A stretch of DNA of 64,000 nucleotides from Candidatus Saccharimonadales bacterium. GTDB lineage: Bacteria; Patescibacteriota; Saccharimonadia; Saccharimonadales; OMJO01. A model generated the notes under the pieces. The model ran no database searches, was not told the DNA's origin, and saw nothing but the letters and a program-made list of their open reading frames with translations. The number at the start of each line of letters is the position of its first letter. Position 1 is the stretch's first letter. The stretch lies in assembly GCA_035480035.1 (NCBI GenBank), contig DATIID010000001.1, forward strand, positions 73,323 through 137,322, read 5' to 3'. Positions 55,513-64,000 of the stretch are shown in pieces. The translations under genes and the position numbers were made by a program.

Positions 55513-55791
55513 TTTCAAACTCCTTATAAAATTACAAATAAACTGGTTAAGGTTATTACCAGTAAACGGCTTTTAAGGACAGGAGCTGCTTGCCAAGTCT
55601 GCTTAACCGTTCCTAAGCGGCTTGAAATACAAGAAGCTGGTGTTTGTAATTGGACTAGCAGGGACCGAAGTGTGCAAAGTCCGAAGTTTGAAAAGCCTGT
55701 GAGTGGATGGTCGAATCGACTCATACCCACATGACTAATGCTTATTTTGAGCCGCTGAACCGGCTTTGACAAGTCTGGAAAATTCTAAAAT

Positions 55792-56220
55792 TTATAGTTT
55801 AATTTTCTGCAGATAAGCGACGAGTTCTTTGGGGGTGATGTCAGCCTTGATAATATAGCCATCGGCGAGCTTTTCAGTTTCGGCTTTATGCTCCTCGTCC
55901 TGTTGCAAGTTAGTTGTTAGGATTATCTTGCTATGAAGTTTAGGGGTTTTAGCCGGGTCGCGCAGAATTTTTAAAATCTCGGTTCCAGTCAAATTAGGGA
56001 TCATGATGTCGAGCAAAATAATATCGTATTGATCAGTCTGAGATTCCTGAAGGCCGGCGTTGCCATCAAAGACGTTTTTGACTTGATAACCGGCTTTAGT
56101 TAATGCCCGGGTGTATAGATCGCCGATGAAATGCTCGTCTTCAACACACAAAACGGTGATTGGCTTTCCAGCTGGAGTTAGCGGTGTGGTGTTAGTGGGT
56201 GCGGGTGAATTTGGGTCCAT
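55792..56220 (-). CDS. Stand-alone response-regulator receiver
   Basis: VEDEH, ILLDIMIP, LTTNL, IIKAD. 142 aa with no output domain. 3 nt downstream of its kinase gene. Confidence 0.88.
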   Translation of the reverse strand: MDPNSPAPTNTTPLTPAGKPITVLCVEDEHFIGDLYTRALTKAGYQVKNVFDGNAGLQESQTDQYDIILLDIMIPNLTGTEILKILRDPAKTPKLHSKIILTTNLQQDEEHKAETEKLADGYIIKADITPKELVAYLQKIKL

Positions 56221-56223
56221 TGA

Positions 56224-57756
56224 TTACCTTCTATATAAACTGTGATTTTTAATCCAACCATGGGCCTGGCGGACGACGCCTTTATTATTGCCTGCTTTTA
56301 GCTCTTCGGCAAGTTTTGAAGCCGGTAATAGCGTGAAGCCAAAAATACTGCCCTCACCTTCTTTAGACTGGACCCAAATTTCACCGCCGTGTGAGTTAAT
56401 AATGGCTTTAGATATATACAGGCCAAAACCGGTCCCACTGATTTTACCGGATGAACGATGGCTACGATAAAACTTATCAAACAAATGTGGGATAACAGCG
56501 GTTGGAATACCCGGTCCATAGTCTTGGATAGTTGTCTCGACGTTGCCGTCTTTATCTAGCTTGGCGCGAATCGTAATTGTCTCGCCTTCGCGGCTGTATT
56601 TAATGGCATTACCGACCAAGTTGTTGATAACTTCAATAATCGCGAACTTATCAACGGCGACTGGCGGCAAGTCGGGGGCAATATCGACCCGTAGATGACG
56701 CTTATGGACCTTGGCATTGAGGTCTAACTCTTGACAGGTTGGCTGTAAAACATCCAACCAGTTACTTTCGGCCATGTGCAGCGACAATTGATTCTGGTCA
56801 ATCCGAACGACATTTAGAATATTAGCAAAGAAAGCATTAAGCTGTTGGGCCGATACAATCATCCGACTGAGGTATTCGGCCATTTCAGGATCAAGTTTGC
56901 CTCTCAGTTCATCGTCAAATACCTCAATGTAGCCGCGTAATATGGTTAGCGGGGTACGCAACTCATGGACGGCCAAAGCGATGAAGTTAATATCGTCGTC
57001 AGTTTTGCTATACTCAACCGTTCGGTCAACGATTACCAGTATGAATTCACTGCCGTCTGTATTATCGCGGTTATAGTAAGTCAATAGATCGCATAATTTA
57101 ACCTGATTATCTGGGCGGCGTAAACGCACTCGTTCCCAACTGGCTGTAGCATTGATTTTGTTCTGTTTACAGTCCTCAATCCATTTATCAAGCGTGGGCT
57201 CGGTTGAAAATTCCAAGTCGATAGCGTCATATAATTGTTTTCCAACTAAGATTTGTTTGTCGGGACTACAATAATCAATCGCCATTGGCGAGGTTAGCAC
57301 CACTTTTTGATCTTTGTTAAAGACGATTAATGGCAGCGGCAAATGGTTGACGATGGTACTAGCCATACTGTTGAGAGGATTAATCTTTTCGGTCGTCGGT
57401 TGCCCACCTTGACCAACCAACTGGTAAATGTAGGTCAACATGGCTGAAACTAATTCTTTGCCGACTTTGATGGTTTCCAAATTTGGCGCAGTTGTTTCAC
57501 TATGGCCGGGCGTGACATGTAAAAACCCTCGCCAAATGTCAAATAGTGGTGCGGTGGCTTGGTTGACTACCAGACGACTTAACCACAATGAGCTAACCGC
57601 TGCTAACAATAGTAGAATTGGGACAGTAATTATCAGTGGTAATTTGATAACCCCGATCAAAATTATTGCTAATATAACCAAAAATAAACTAGTGCCCAAT
57701 ACAGCAATCAATAGCTTTTGATGAAGTTGTTTTTTTAATTCGCCGAAGTGATCCAT
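56224..57756 (-). CDS. Sensor histidine kinase (2 TM + PAS-like + HisKA + HATPase_c)
   Basis: H-box VHELRTPL, N-box NLVGNAIKYS, G1 DYGPGI, G2 GTGFGL. Confidence 0.9.
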   Translation of the reverse strand: MDHFGELKKQLHQKLLIAVLGTSLFLVILAIILIGVIKLPLIITVPILLLLAAVSSLWLSRLVVNQATAPLFDIWRGFLHVTPGHSETTAPNLETIKVGKELVSAMLTYIYQLVGQGGQPTTEKINPLNSMASTIVNHLPLPLIVFNKDQKVVLTSPMAIDYCSPDKQILVGKQLYDAIDLEFSTEPTLDKWIEDCKQNKINATASWERVRLRRPDNQVKLCDLLTYYNRDNTDGSEFILVIVDRTVEYSKTDDDINFIALAVHELRTPLTILRGYIEVFDDELRGKLDPEMAEYLSRMIVSAQQLNAFFANILNVVRIDQNQLSLHMAESNWLDVLQPTCQELDLNAKVHKRHLRVDIAPDLPPVAVDKFAIIEVINNLVGNAIKYSREGETITIRAKLDKDGNVETTIQDYGPGIPTAVIPHLFDKFYRSHRSSGKISGTGFGLYISKAIINSHGGEIWVQSKEGEGSIFGFTLLPASKLAEELKAGNNKGVVRQAHGWIKNHSLYRR

Positions 57757-57773
57757 GCCCCACCCATATTCGG

Positions 57774-59021
57774 TTAGGGTTTAAAACTGACCGAACCGGC
57801 CGTACCGACTAAAGTTATCCAGGTTTGACCAGGGTCTAATTTTACTTCGGTGCCACTATCATCCTTAAAGTGGACTTGCAAATTGCGGTCGGTTTTTGAC
57901 CAGTTAAGTTGACCAACTACACCATCTTGGAAGACAAAGGCTGTACCGTTGCCGATTGATTGATAATAAGTGTGTACTCCATCTGGGTCGGGACTTTCGG
58001 GTACTACTAGTGCTATTACCACTTTTGGGCTAAGCTGAGCACCGGTGCGCTCATCAGTGTGTGGCTTGCCACCCTCACTACGTTTATAGCTATTGGTGGC
58101 CGGATCATAATCATAGTGAACATTGTAGTAATAACCGGACACAATTAAATCAATTGTTTTGGCGGTTGGCGTGGGGGCTGGGGTTTCTTTGTCTTTACGG
58201 GAGAAACCTACGTAATTGCTAGTCGTAAAGCCCTTAGCGGTTTCCAAAGCACTTAATTCAGCAATACTGGTGTAGACGTTATGAGGCGCATAACGTGATG
58301 TAATTCGGTGATAATAGCCGCTATTAAAAGATTGGTCGAGATCTTTACTACCAAGACTTCTAACTTGAACCAGACCCTCGGCACTGCCGCCGACGTGTGC
58401 TACGGCAGCATCAAAGCCCCCCAGGTAATCCAGATAGTATGGTCGGACCGAGCGAACTGGACCAATGTAATCCGGCACACTGGGATTTTGGAATAAGGCC
58501 AAAAAGCGCGTGATACCACCTTCAGCCACCGCCTCAAAGACCACCCCAGCGTCTTTCAGGCCGGACTGTGGCCGGGCATCCGGACTATTCTCAATCATGA
58601 CACCAGTAACCGGTAGTTTGTTGTAGGCTACTGGTACCATTAAGCCGGTTAGTTTCGATGGTTCAGTGGTGGACTTCTTGGCTTTAGACGCGGCTTTTTT
58701 TGCAGTAATCGGCGCTAAGGTTGGGGTTTTTCGAACTTGTAAGTAAGCAATCACCATGCCACCGACGACAACCAGTGTGGCACCAGCAATCATTAGCCAT
58801 TCTTTCCATGTCAGGCGCTTCAGACGTTTTATAAGATCTTTGAGGCGGTGTTTTTTAAGTTTAGGTGGCGGACCGAAATGTGTCGGTTCGGGTCCGAGCT
58901 CTGAACTATCTGGTTTATCTAACGAATTCTTAGGCATAACGTGATGGTTACCAATGCGACTAGGCATTACTTTTATAGGTTTCGACGACTTCTTCTTGAT
59001 TGGCTTAACGTCGTCAATCAT
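57774..59021 (-). CDS. Membrane-anchored DUF3048-like (YerB-like) protein
   Basis: DARPQSGLKDAGVVFEAVAEGGITRFLALF. Start moved to ATG 59021 because the tracked 59114 overlaps gltX. TGcTACAAT (59036-59028) lies 6 nt before the ATG. Confidence 0.7.
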   Translation of the reverse strand: MIDDVKPIKKKSSKPIKVMPSRIGNHHVMPKNSLDKPDSSELGPEPTHFGPPPKLKKHRLKDLIKRLKRLTWKEWLMIAGATLVVVGGMVIAYLQVRKTPTLAPITAKKAASKAKKSTTEPSKLTGLMVPVAYNKLPVTGVMIENSPDARPQSGLKDAGVVFEAVAEGGITRFLALFQNPSVPDYIGPVRSVRPYYLDYLGGFDAAVAHVGGSAEGLVQVRSLGSKDLDQSFNSGYYHRITSRYAPHNVYTSIAELSALETAKGFTTSNYVGFSRKDKETPAPTPTAKTIDLIVSGYYYNVHYDYDPATNSYKRSEGGKPHTDERTGAQLSPKVVIALVVPESPDPDGVHTYYQSIGNGTAFVFQDGVVGQLNWSKTDRNLQVHFKDDSGTEVKLDPGQTWITLVGTAGSVSFKP

Positions 59022-59058
59022 GACGACATTGTAGCAAAGTGTTAGTGCTTTTTCTATC

Positions 59059-60489
59059 TTAGTTAAGGTTGTCGATTTGTTGCTCAATCCGTAGCAGCGA
59101 TGCTTCTCGGCCAAGAACGGCCATGGTTTCTGCCAAACCTGGCGAAGCTGGCGCTTGGGTTGTGGCGATTCGGATTAAACTGAATAACACAGCCGGTTTT
59201 TGGCCAGTGGTTTCGAGTAACTTGTTGAGCCGCTCAGTCAGGTCGTTAACCGAGAAATCACCGTCCTTAAGGGCCACTTTTGCAGCGGTTAGCAGTTCTT
59301 TTAGTTCGGCAACAGATAGTTTCTTAAGTTGTTTATGACTGGTAATCAGCGAATTGTCGACCGGTAATCCTTGAAAGAAAAAATTAGTTAGGTCTGGCAA
59401 TTCGGCCAAATACTTAAGTCGCTCTTGGACAATGGCTAAAACTTGTTTCTTGTATTCGTTGGGCGCGTCCTCAGCATCTTTTGGCCAAAATTTTTCAGCC
59501 CTTTTATATAACTCCTCAATATTTAGTTGACGGATATGCGCACCGTTAAGCCAAGTCAGTCGTTGTTCATCAAACTTAGCACCGCCGCGATGAACCCGAG
59601 ATAAACTAAACTTCTGGACTAACTCGTCGACACTAAAAACTTCTTGCTCGGTGCCATCATTCCAGCCAAGGGTGGCCAAAAAATTAACTATGGCTTCCGG
59701 TAAATAACCATCACGGGCATAGTCTAAGACATCTTTGGCGTGGTCACGCTTACTTAATTTGCGCTTGCCGTCGGGCGCCATTATAAACGGTAGTGTTGCC
59801 ATAACTGGTGGCTGAATGTCTAACGCTTCATACAAGTTCAAGTAACGTGGCACCGATGCCAAAAATTCCTGTGAGCGAATAATATGTGATACCTCCATCA
59901 GGTGGTCATCAACAATATGACTGAAATTATAGGTGGCAAAGCCATCCGATTTAATCAAGACAAAGTCATCAATTGCTTCCGGACCGGCCTGTAATTCACC
60001 CAGTACTTCATCATGCCACTTATAGGCTTTGGGCTCAGACTTTAAACGAAGCGGTTGATTACCGTCCCATTTTGGCGGATTGGTTGGCCGATGTTCACGA
60101 TACAAGAATGGTTTCTTGGCCTTTTGGGCAGCTTGGCGAAAAGACTCAACTTCTTCAATTGAATACGGATCGGTATAAGCCCGGCCAGATTTAATTAATC
60201 TTTGACCCCACTCCTTGTATATATCTAAACGCTCACTCTGGGTATAGGGAGCATGTGGTCCACCGTTGTCTGGACCCTCGTCCCAGTTAAGTCCCAACCA
60301 CTTGAGAGTGTCGATAATATGACTAACAGCCTCTTTGTTTAAGCGAGCTTGATCGGTGTCTTCGATTCGAAGGATAAACTGGCCACCCTTTTGTTTAGCT
60401 AGCAGCCAATCAAATAAAGCGTTACGGGCTCCACCGACGTGCATATAACCTGTCGGACTTACCGCAAAACGCGTTCTAACATTTTTCAT
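59059..60489 (-). CDS. gltX: Glutamate--tRNA ligase
   Basis: HIGH-type PTGYMHVGGARNALF, KMSKS-type KLSKRD. 476 aa. Confidence 0.96.
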   Translation of the reverse strand: MKNVRTRFAVSPTGYMHVGGARNALFDWLLAKQKGGQFILRIEDTDQARLNKEAVSHIIDTLKWLGLNWDEGPDNGGPHAPYTQSERLDIYKEWGQRLIKSGRAYTDPYSIEEVESFRQAAQKAKKPFLYREHRPTNPPKWDGNQPLRLKSEPKAYKWHDEVLGELQAGPEAIDDFVLIKSDGFATYNFSHIVDDHLMEVSHIIRSQEFLASVPRYLNLYEALDIQPPVMATLPFIMAPDGKRKLSKRDHAKDVLDYARDGYLPEAIVNFLATLGWNDGTEQEVFSVDELVQKFSLSRVHRGGAKFDEQRLTWLNGAHIRQLNIEELYKRAEKFWPKDAEDAPNEYKKQVLAIVQERLKYLAELPDLTNFFFQGLPVDNSLITSHKQLKKLSVAELKELLTAAKVALKDGDFSVNDLTERLNKLLETTGQKPAVLFSLIRIATTQAPASPGLAETMAVLGREASLLRIEQQIDNLN

Positions 60490-60518
60490 ATATCTTGTAT
60501 TTTAGCAGTTTTGACTGG

Positions 60519-61526
60519 CTAAATACTATTGGCTAGGTGGAGTAATTGATCACTGTTAAGGCTGGAGTTGCCTTCAATCCGAAACCAAATGCCTTGGTCG
60601 ACCCAAGTGGCATTACTGCCACCATAGATGTAAATAGTTTTGCCGTTGTCTTGATAGGTTTGATAGGGTCGCTGGTTGACGGTGACATAATTCTCGAGCA
60701 GCGTCTGACTATCCCAATTGGACACTGTTTGTTTAACGTCAAAAGCTCGTTTGTCACTATTGGATTTATAATTTAAGGTTATTTCACCCGGTCGGTAAGC
60801 GATTCGGCCATCTAACACAAACCCAGACGGCAGGTAACCTGGCAAATTAGCGGCTACACCAGCCCGGGCAGCAGCCACGCGCATCTCGATACTATAGATA
60901 TTTTGTTGAGCGATAAAACTGATTAATAAAACGGCCGCTAAAACGCCAAGGCCAATATTTAATCGCCGCGAGCTGATACGTAGTTTGGTTGCTAACTTGT
61001 GGCGCCGTTTGGTTTTCTTAAGTTTAGGCGTTTCATGCGCAGTGGCTTTATCGAGCGATTGCTTGACTAGGTCCGGCTTTTTAGGGCTATCACTAACTCG
61101 TTTTTCGCTGGGCATTGGCTTAACTGGTAAATTGACATGCTTAGGCTTCAATGAGAAGTCGCTAATGCTACTGCCAAAACGCGAAACTAAGGTATTCTTA
61201 CTAATGTTTTTAGCACGTGTTAAGCGTTGATTATCGAAATTATCGTGTAGTAAAACTTCAGCTGATTCATGAATTGTTTTTGATTTGGGAGCTAACGACG
61301 GTTTCTTGACGACCGAACGCATTAAGGTTCGTGCTCGTTGGGTTGAGTTGTGTACTGAACCAGCGGTCACTTTTTGGCCGGCGCGCTTAAAAAATCCATC
61401 AACCGTTTTGGGAGGATGGGATGATGGTTTTGGGCGGCTATGACTAGTTGGTTCGGTCATTGGTTGGCCAGTTGTGGCATTATATGTTTTACCCTTTATT
61501 TCGATAATATTTTGGCGATCACCCAC
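60519..61526 (-). CDS. Hypothetical membrane-anchored protein (DUF4367-like C-terminal domain); start uncertain
   Basis: Basic Ser/Pro/Lys-rich N-terminal half, one TM (LGVLAAVLLISFI), then LPGYLPSGFVLDG. The tracked start 61706 overlaps the divergent gene. GTG 61526 (AGGAAAA SD) or ATG 61460 is more plausible. Confidence 0.45.
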   Translation of the reverse strand: MGDRQNIIEIKGKTYNATTGQPMTEPTSHSRPKPSSHPPKTVDGFFKRAGQKVTAGSVHNSTQRARTLMRSVVKKPSLAPKSKTIHESAEVLLHDNFDNQRLTRAKNISKNTLVSRFGSSISDFSLKPKHVNLPVKPMPSEKRVSDSPKKPDLVKQSLDKATAHETPKLKKTKRRHKLATKLRISSRRLNIGLGVLAAVLLISFIAQQNIYSIEMRVAAARAGVAANLPGYLPSGFVLDGRIAYRPGEITLNYKSNSDKRAFDVKQTVSNWDSQTLLENYVTVNQRPYQTYQDNGKTIYIYGGSNATWVDQGIWFRIEGNSSLNSDQLLHLANSI

Positions 61527-61665
61527 TTTTCCTGTTCCCTTAGCCTTAATCAAATTGCCGATAGAGCTGATATGTATCTTAATCCTGTTTCCTGTTATTC
61601 GCAAGACGGGGTCAATGGTTTGACATTTTGTTATATACTGAGGTTGAGTACAATAAAAACACAAA

Positions 61666-63144
61666 ATGGATTTTCTAGACCCTAAGAAACGCCGAGCCCA
61701 TACCATTCGCCTATTTGTTGGCTATTTTCTAGTCGGTATTGCTCTGTTAATTGGTACGGCTATCCTGGCATTGGCTGCTTATGGTTTTGGGATTAATCGA
61801 AAAACTGGCCAAGTTATCCAAAATGGTTTGGTTTTCATTGATGCTCATCCTGAAGCCGCCGATATCTTCCTGAATGGTGCCAGTCGAGGCAAGACCAAAA
61901 CCCGTCTAGTCATACCTGAAGGTAGCTATAACGTTGAGTTAAGGCGAACAGGTTACCGCACTTGGAAAAACTCATTTGATCTGGGTGGTGGTTCAATCGT
62001 CCAGCTAATTTATCCATTTTTGTTTCCTGAAAAATTGGTCTCCAAAGACTTACAGACCTATTCATCACTACCGGGTTTGTCGACAGAAAGCCCGGATCGG
62101 CATTGGCTGCTAGTACAGTCGCCATCAAGCCTGACAATCTTTCAACAGTTTGACTTAAATGCGACTAAAAATGATGTAACTAGTTTTAGTTTACCGTCCA
62201 ATCTATTAACCACCTCCACTGGCCCACAGGCTTTGGAGTTGGTGGAGTGGTCGACTGACAATCGTCATTTAATTGTTAGGCATATTTATCCGGGCGGTCA
62301 AGAATATATTTTGATTGACCGGGCATCACCAAGTAGTAGCCAGAATCTAACCAAATTGTTTGATCGACCAAATGTTCAATTCTCATTGCATGACAAGAAG
62401 TACGACCAGTATTATCTGTATGATTTGGCAGCCCAAAACCTATTTACTGGTGATTTAAAGTCTCATCAAGTCACTTTGATACTCGATAAAGTAATCAGTT
62501 TTAAACCACATAGCGCCGATGTTATTTTGTACGTGACGGCGGCCGCAACGCCAACTAAAGTTCAAGTCAAGCTAAAGTCTGGCCAAAACAGTTACAATTT
62601 AGTCCAGTTACCGTCGGCTAATAAATACTTGATTGACGTCGCTCGGTTTAATAATGATTGGTATATGGTGGCTGGTAGTCCTTCCGACGGCCGAACCTAC
62701 ATATATAAAAATCCAGCTGATCAATTTAAGTCTAAAACCATAACTCATGCTAGCGCATTTGCAGTCTTGAAATTAGATGGACCGCAGTTCGCGTCGTTTT
62801 CCGAGAACACTCGCTTCATTGAAGTCCAAGCCGGCCAACAATTTGCCGTTTATGATTTGGAAAATCAAAAAATGATGCATTACAACAGCCAGCTAACGCT
62901 ACCTGCCAACTATAAAGCAGTTTGGATGGACGGACATCGTTTAATACTCAATAGCGTTAGCAAAATGGTGGTGATGGATTTTGATGGCACCAACCAACAG
63001 ACATTGGTCGACTTGTCGTCGGTTAACTATTTAACTTTCTTTGACCGTGACTATAAAGCGGTGTTCACTATTTCACCATCAAAGTCCGGCGCCTCTAAGC
63101 CGGCCCTGATTAGAACTGAACTGAAAGTCTTACCAGCCAAGTAG
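61666..63144 (+). CDS. PEGA-domain membrane-anchored protein with large beta-rich extracytoplasmic region
   Basis: N-terminal TM, then a PEGA-like segment (ADIFLNGASRGKTKTRLVIPEGSYNVELRRTGYRTW). Confidence 0.7.
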   Translation: MDFLDPKKRRAHTIRLFVGYFLVGIALLIGTAILALAAYGFGINRKTGQVIQNGLVFIDAHPEAADIFLNGASRGKTKTRLVIPEGSYNVELRRTGYRTWKNSFDLGGGSIVQLIYPFLFPEKLVSKDLQTYSSLPGLSTESPDRHWLLVQSPSSLTIFQQFDLNATKNDVTSFSLPSNLLTTSTGPQALELVEWSTDNRHLIVRHIYPGGQEYILIDRASPSSSQNLTKLFDRPNVQFSLHDKKYDQYYLYDLAAQNLFTGDLKSHQVTLILDKVISFKPHSADVILYVTAAATPTKVQVKLKSGQNSYNLVQLPSANKYLIDVARFNNDWYMVAGSPSDGRTYIYKNPADQFKSKTITHASAFAVLKLDGPQFASFSENTRFIEVQAGQQFAVYDLENQKMMHYNSQLTLPANYKAVWMDGHRLILNSVSKMVVMDFDGTNQQTLVDLSSVNYLTFFDRDYKAVFTISPSKSGASKPALIRTELKVLPAK

Positions 63145-63146
63145 AC

Positions 63147-63911
63147 CTACAGCCAATCCTTAATACGTTGCCAAAGGGTTGGTGCGTTGCCGGGTAGGAT
63201 TTTAGGTTGAGTCGACGTCTTAATTGGAGTACTGGCAATATTTGATAATGGATCAGGGCTGATTTGTTGGCCCCAAACCACTAAACGGTTTAAGCTGGTA
63301 CCTGGCGGATCACAAGTAATCAGCGTAAAAGTAGCTGGTTTATTAGTGTTATTTAGTACTCCCAAGTCAGTAGGTTTGACAATTTGTTTATCATAAACCT
63401 GGTAGACGTAGCGCTTGCCTTTGTACTGGATAATGAAAGTATCGCCCGGATCTAAACGTTTAAGCAACACAAACGCAAACTTATACTTACCTTGGTTAAA
63501 AATATTATTACTAGAATGGCCAAAAATAGCACCATTGCCTTTTTGACCGGGAAACGAAGTTGCGGCGTAATGAATGACGCCATTTTCTAAATCTTTTTGA
63601 ATCACTTTTTCGTCCAGCGATTTTTCATCAAAATTAACCGGTACCTCAACGTTAATTTTAGGTATAATGACTTTTGACTCTGGACCAACAGCGGTGCTTA
63701 AGGGATCTATGATAATTGATGACGCGCTGATCGACCGGCTGGGCGAAATAAATGGTGCAATGAAACGTTCATTAAAGAAACTGAACAATAAGATAATCAC
63801 CACCAACAGACCTAAACCTAACCCAAACAATAATGATTTTAAATGTTGGCGTTTAGTCATTTTGTGTGGTGACGCCACCCGATGCATGATCTCATCCTTA
63901 ATATTAGCCAT
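63147..63911 (-). CDS. Sortase family transpeptidase
   Basis: N-terminal TM, catalytic His (IFGHSS), TLITCDP Cys motif, downstream Arg (NRLVV). Confidence 0.85.
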   Translation of the reverse strand: MANIKDEIMHRVASPHKMTKRQHLKSLLFGLGLGLLVVIILLFSFFNERFIAPFISPSRSISASSIIIDPLSTAVGPESKVIIPKINVEVPVNFDEKSLDEKVIQKDLENGVIHYAATSFPGQKGNGAIFGHSSNNIFNQGKYKFAFVLLKRLDPGDTFIIQYKGKRYVYQVYDKQIVKPTDLGVLNNTNKPATFTLITCDPPGTSLNRLVVWGQQISPDPLSNIASTPIKTSTQPKILPGNAPTLWQRIKDWL

Positions 63912-64000
63912 GGCTGATAGGTCTAATTTCGGGGAAGATTTGAACTCAGTAGTATGGTGATGCTGTGGTGACAGTGTATGAGGCTGGAACGTAGCTGTAC

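Noticed and set aside
55504-55772. Two mutually overlapping ORFs (76 aa on +, 82 aa on -) upstream of the umuDC-like operon
   Set aside because: They overlap each other on opposite strands and have no SD or -10 at a suitable distance. The region looks regulatory or structured instead.
58602-58616. LPVTG sortase-like motif in the DUF3048-like protein near the sortase gene
   Set aside because: The motif is internal (residue ~136 of 415 from the corrected start). It is not followed by a C-terminal hydrophobic segment and basic tail, so it is not a sorting signal.
59022-59114. N-terminal extension of the DUF3048-like ORF
   Set aside because: It would overlap the 3' end of gltX by 56 nt. The internal ATG 59021 has a TGcTACAAT -10 box 6 nt upstream.
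61527-61706. N-terminal extension of ORF 60519-61706
   Set aside because: It would overlap the divergent PEGA gene start (61666) and its promoter. GTG 61526 (with AGGAAAA) or ATG 61460 is more plausible, though the start remains uncertain.
1-64000. CRISPR arrays, IS elements, integrases, prophage genes, rRNA operons
   Set aside because: No regularly spaced direct repeats, no transposase/integrase/recombinase-like ORFs and no rRNA-like sequence were seen anywhere in the window.

Overview
Gene-dense 64-kb window from a small-genome bacterium. The gene content suggests a Patescibacteria/CPR (Saccharibacteria-like) organism, but this is inference only: compact housekeeping genes, receiver-only response regulators, sortase, PEGA and DUF3048-like envelope proteins, and almost no biosynthesis. 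RF2 is present and TGA is used as a stop, so the code is standard (table 11).

Layout:
- 1-36454, mostly + strand: serS (partial), hpf, secA, M16 peptidase, prfB, ftsEX with a PcsB-like CHAP hydrolase and an S41 protease, pyrG, rpmA, xseAB, recO, glyQS, a small accessory enzyme islet (alpha/beta hydrolase, VOC, TyrA-like, flavoprotein, NYN, GH1), and a partial dcw cluster (mraZ with a 4-box operator, rsmH, ftsL, ftsI, mraY, ftsW, murG, ftsQ).
- 36455-37198: a 744-bp AT-rich ORF-free gap where the dominant coding strand flips.
- From 37199, mostly - strand: a sigma-region-4/HARE-HTH protein, three tandem secreted paralogs, an HExxH protein, topA, dprA, pth, der, rluB, two HK/REC pairs, tRNA-Glu(CUC), a umuDC-like operon, gltX, a PEGA protein and a sortase.

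Most interesting observations:
1. A promoter-to-terminator ~370-nt highly structured candidate ncRNA at 45563-45931 that matches no RNA family I recognise.
2. A tandemly duplicated family of uncharacterised secreted proteins with duplicated promoters, plus a diverged fourth copy.
3. A two-component pair in which both phospho-sites are Glu (His->Glu and Asp->Glu).
4. A UmuD homolog lacking both catalytic residues, with an extra small ORF in the umuDC operon.
5. A widespread leaderless promoter architecture (-10 box 6-9 nt before the ATG).
6. Four perfect DnaA-box 9-mers, all intergenic.

I saw no CRISPR array, transposase, integrase or rRNA. All coordinates were hand-counted from the printed sequence and may be off by 1-2 nt for non-ORF features.
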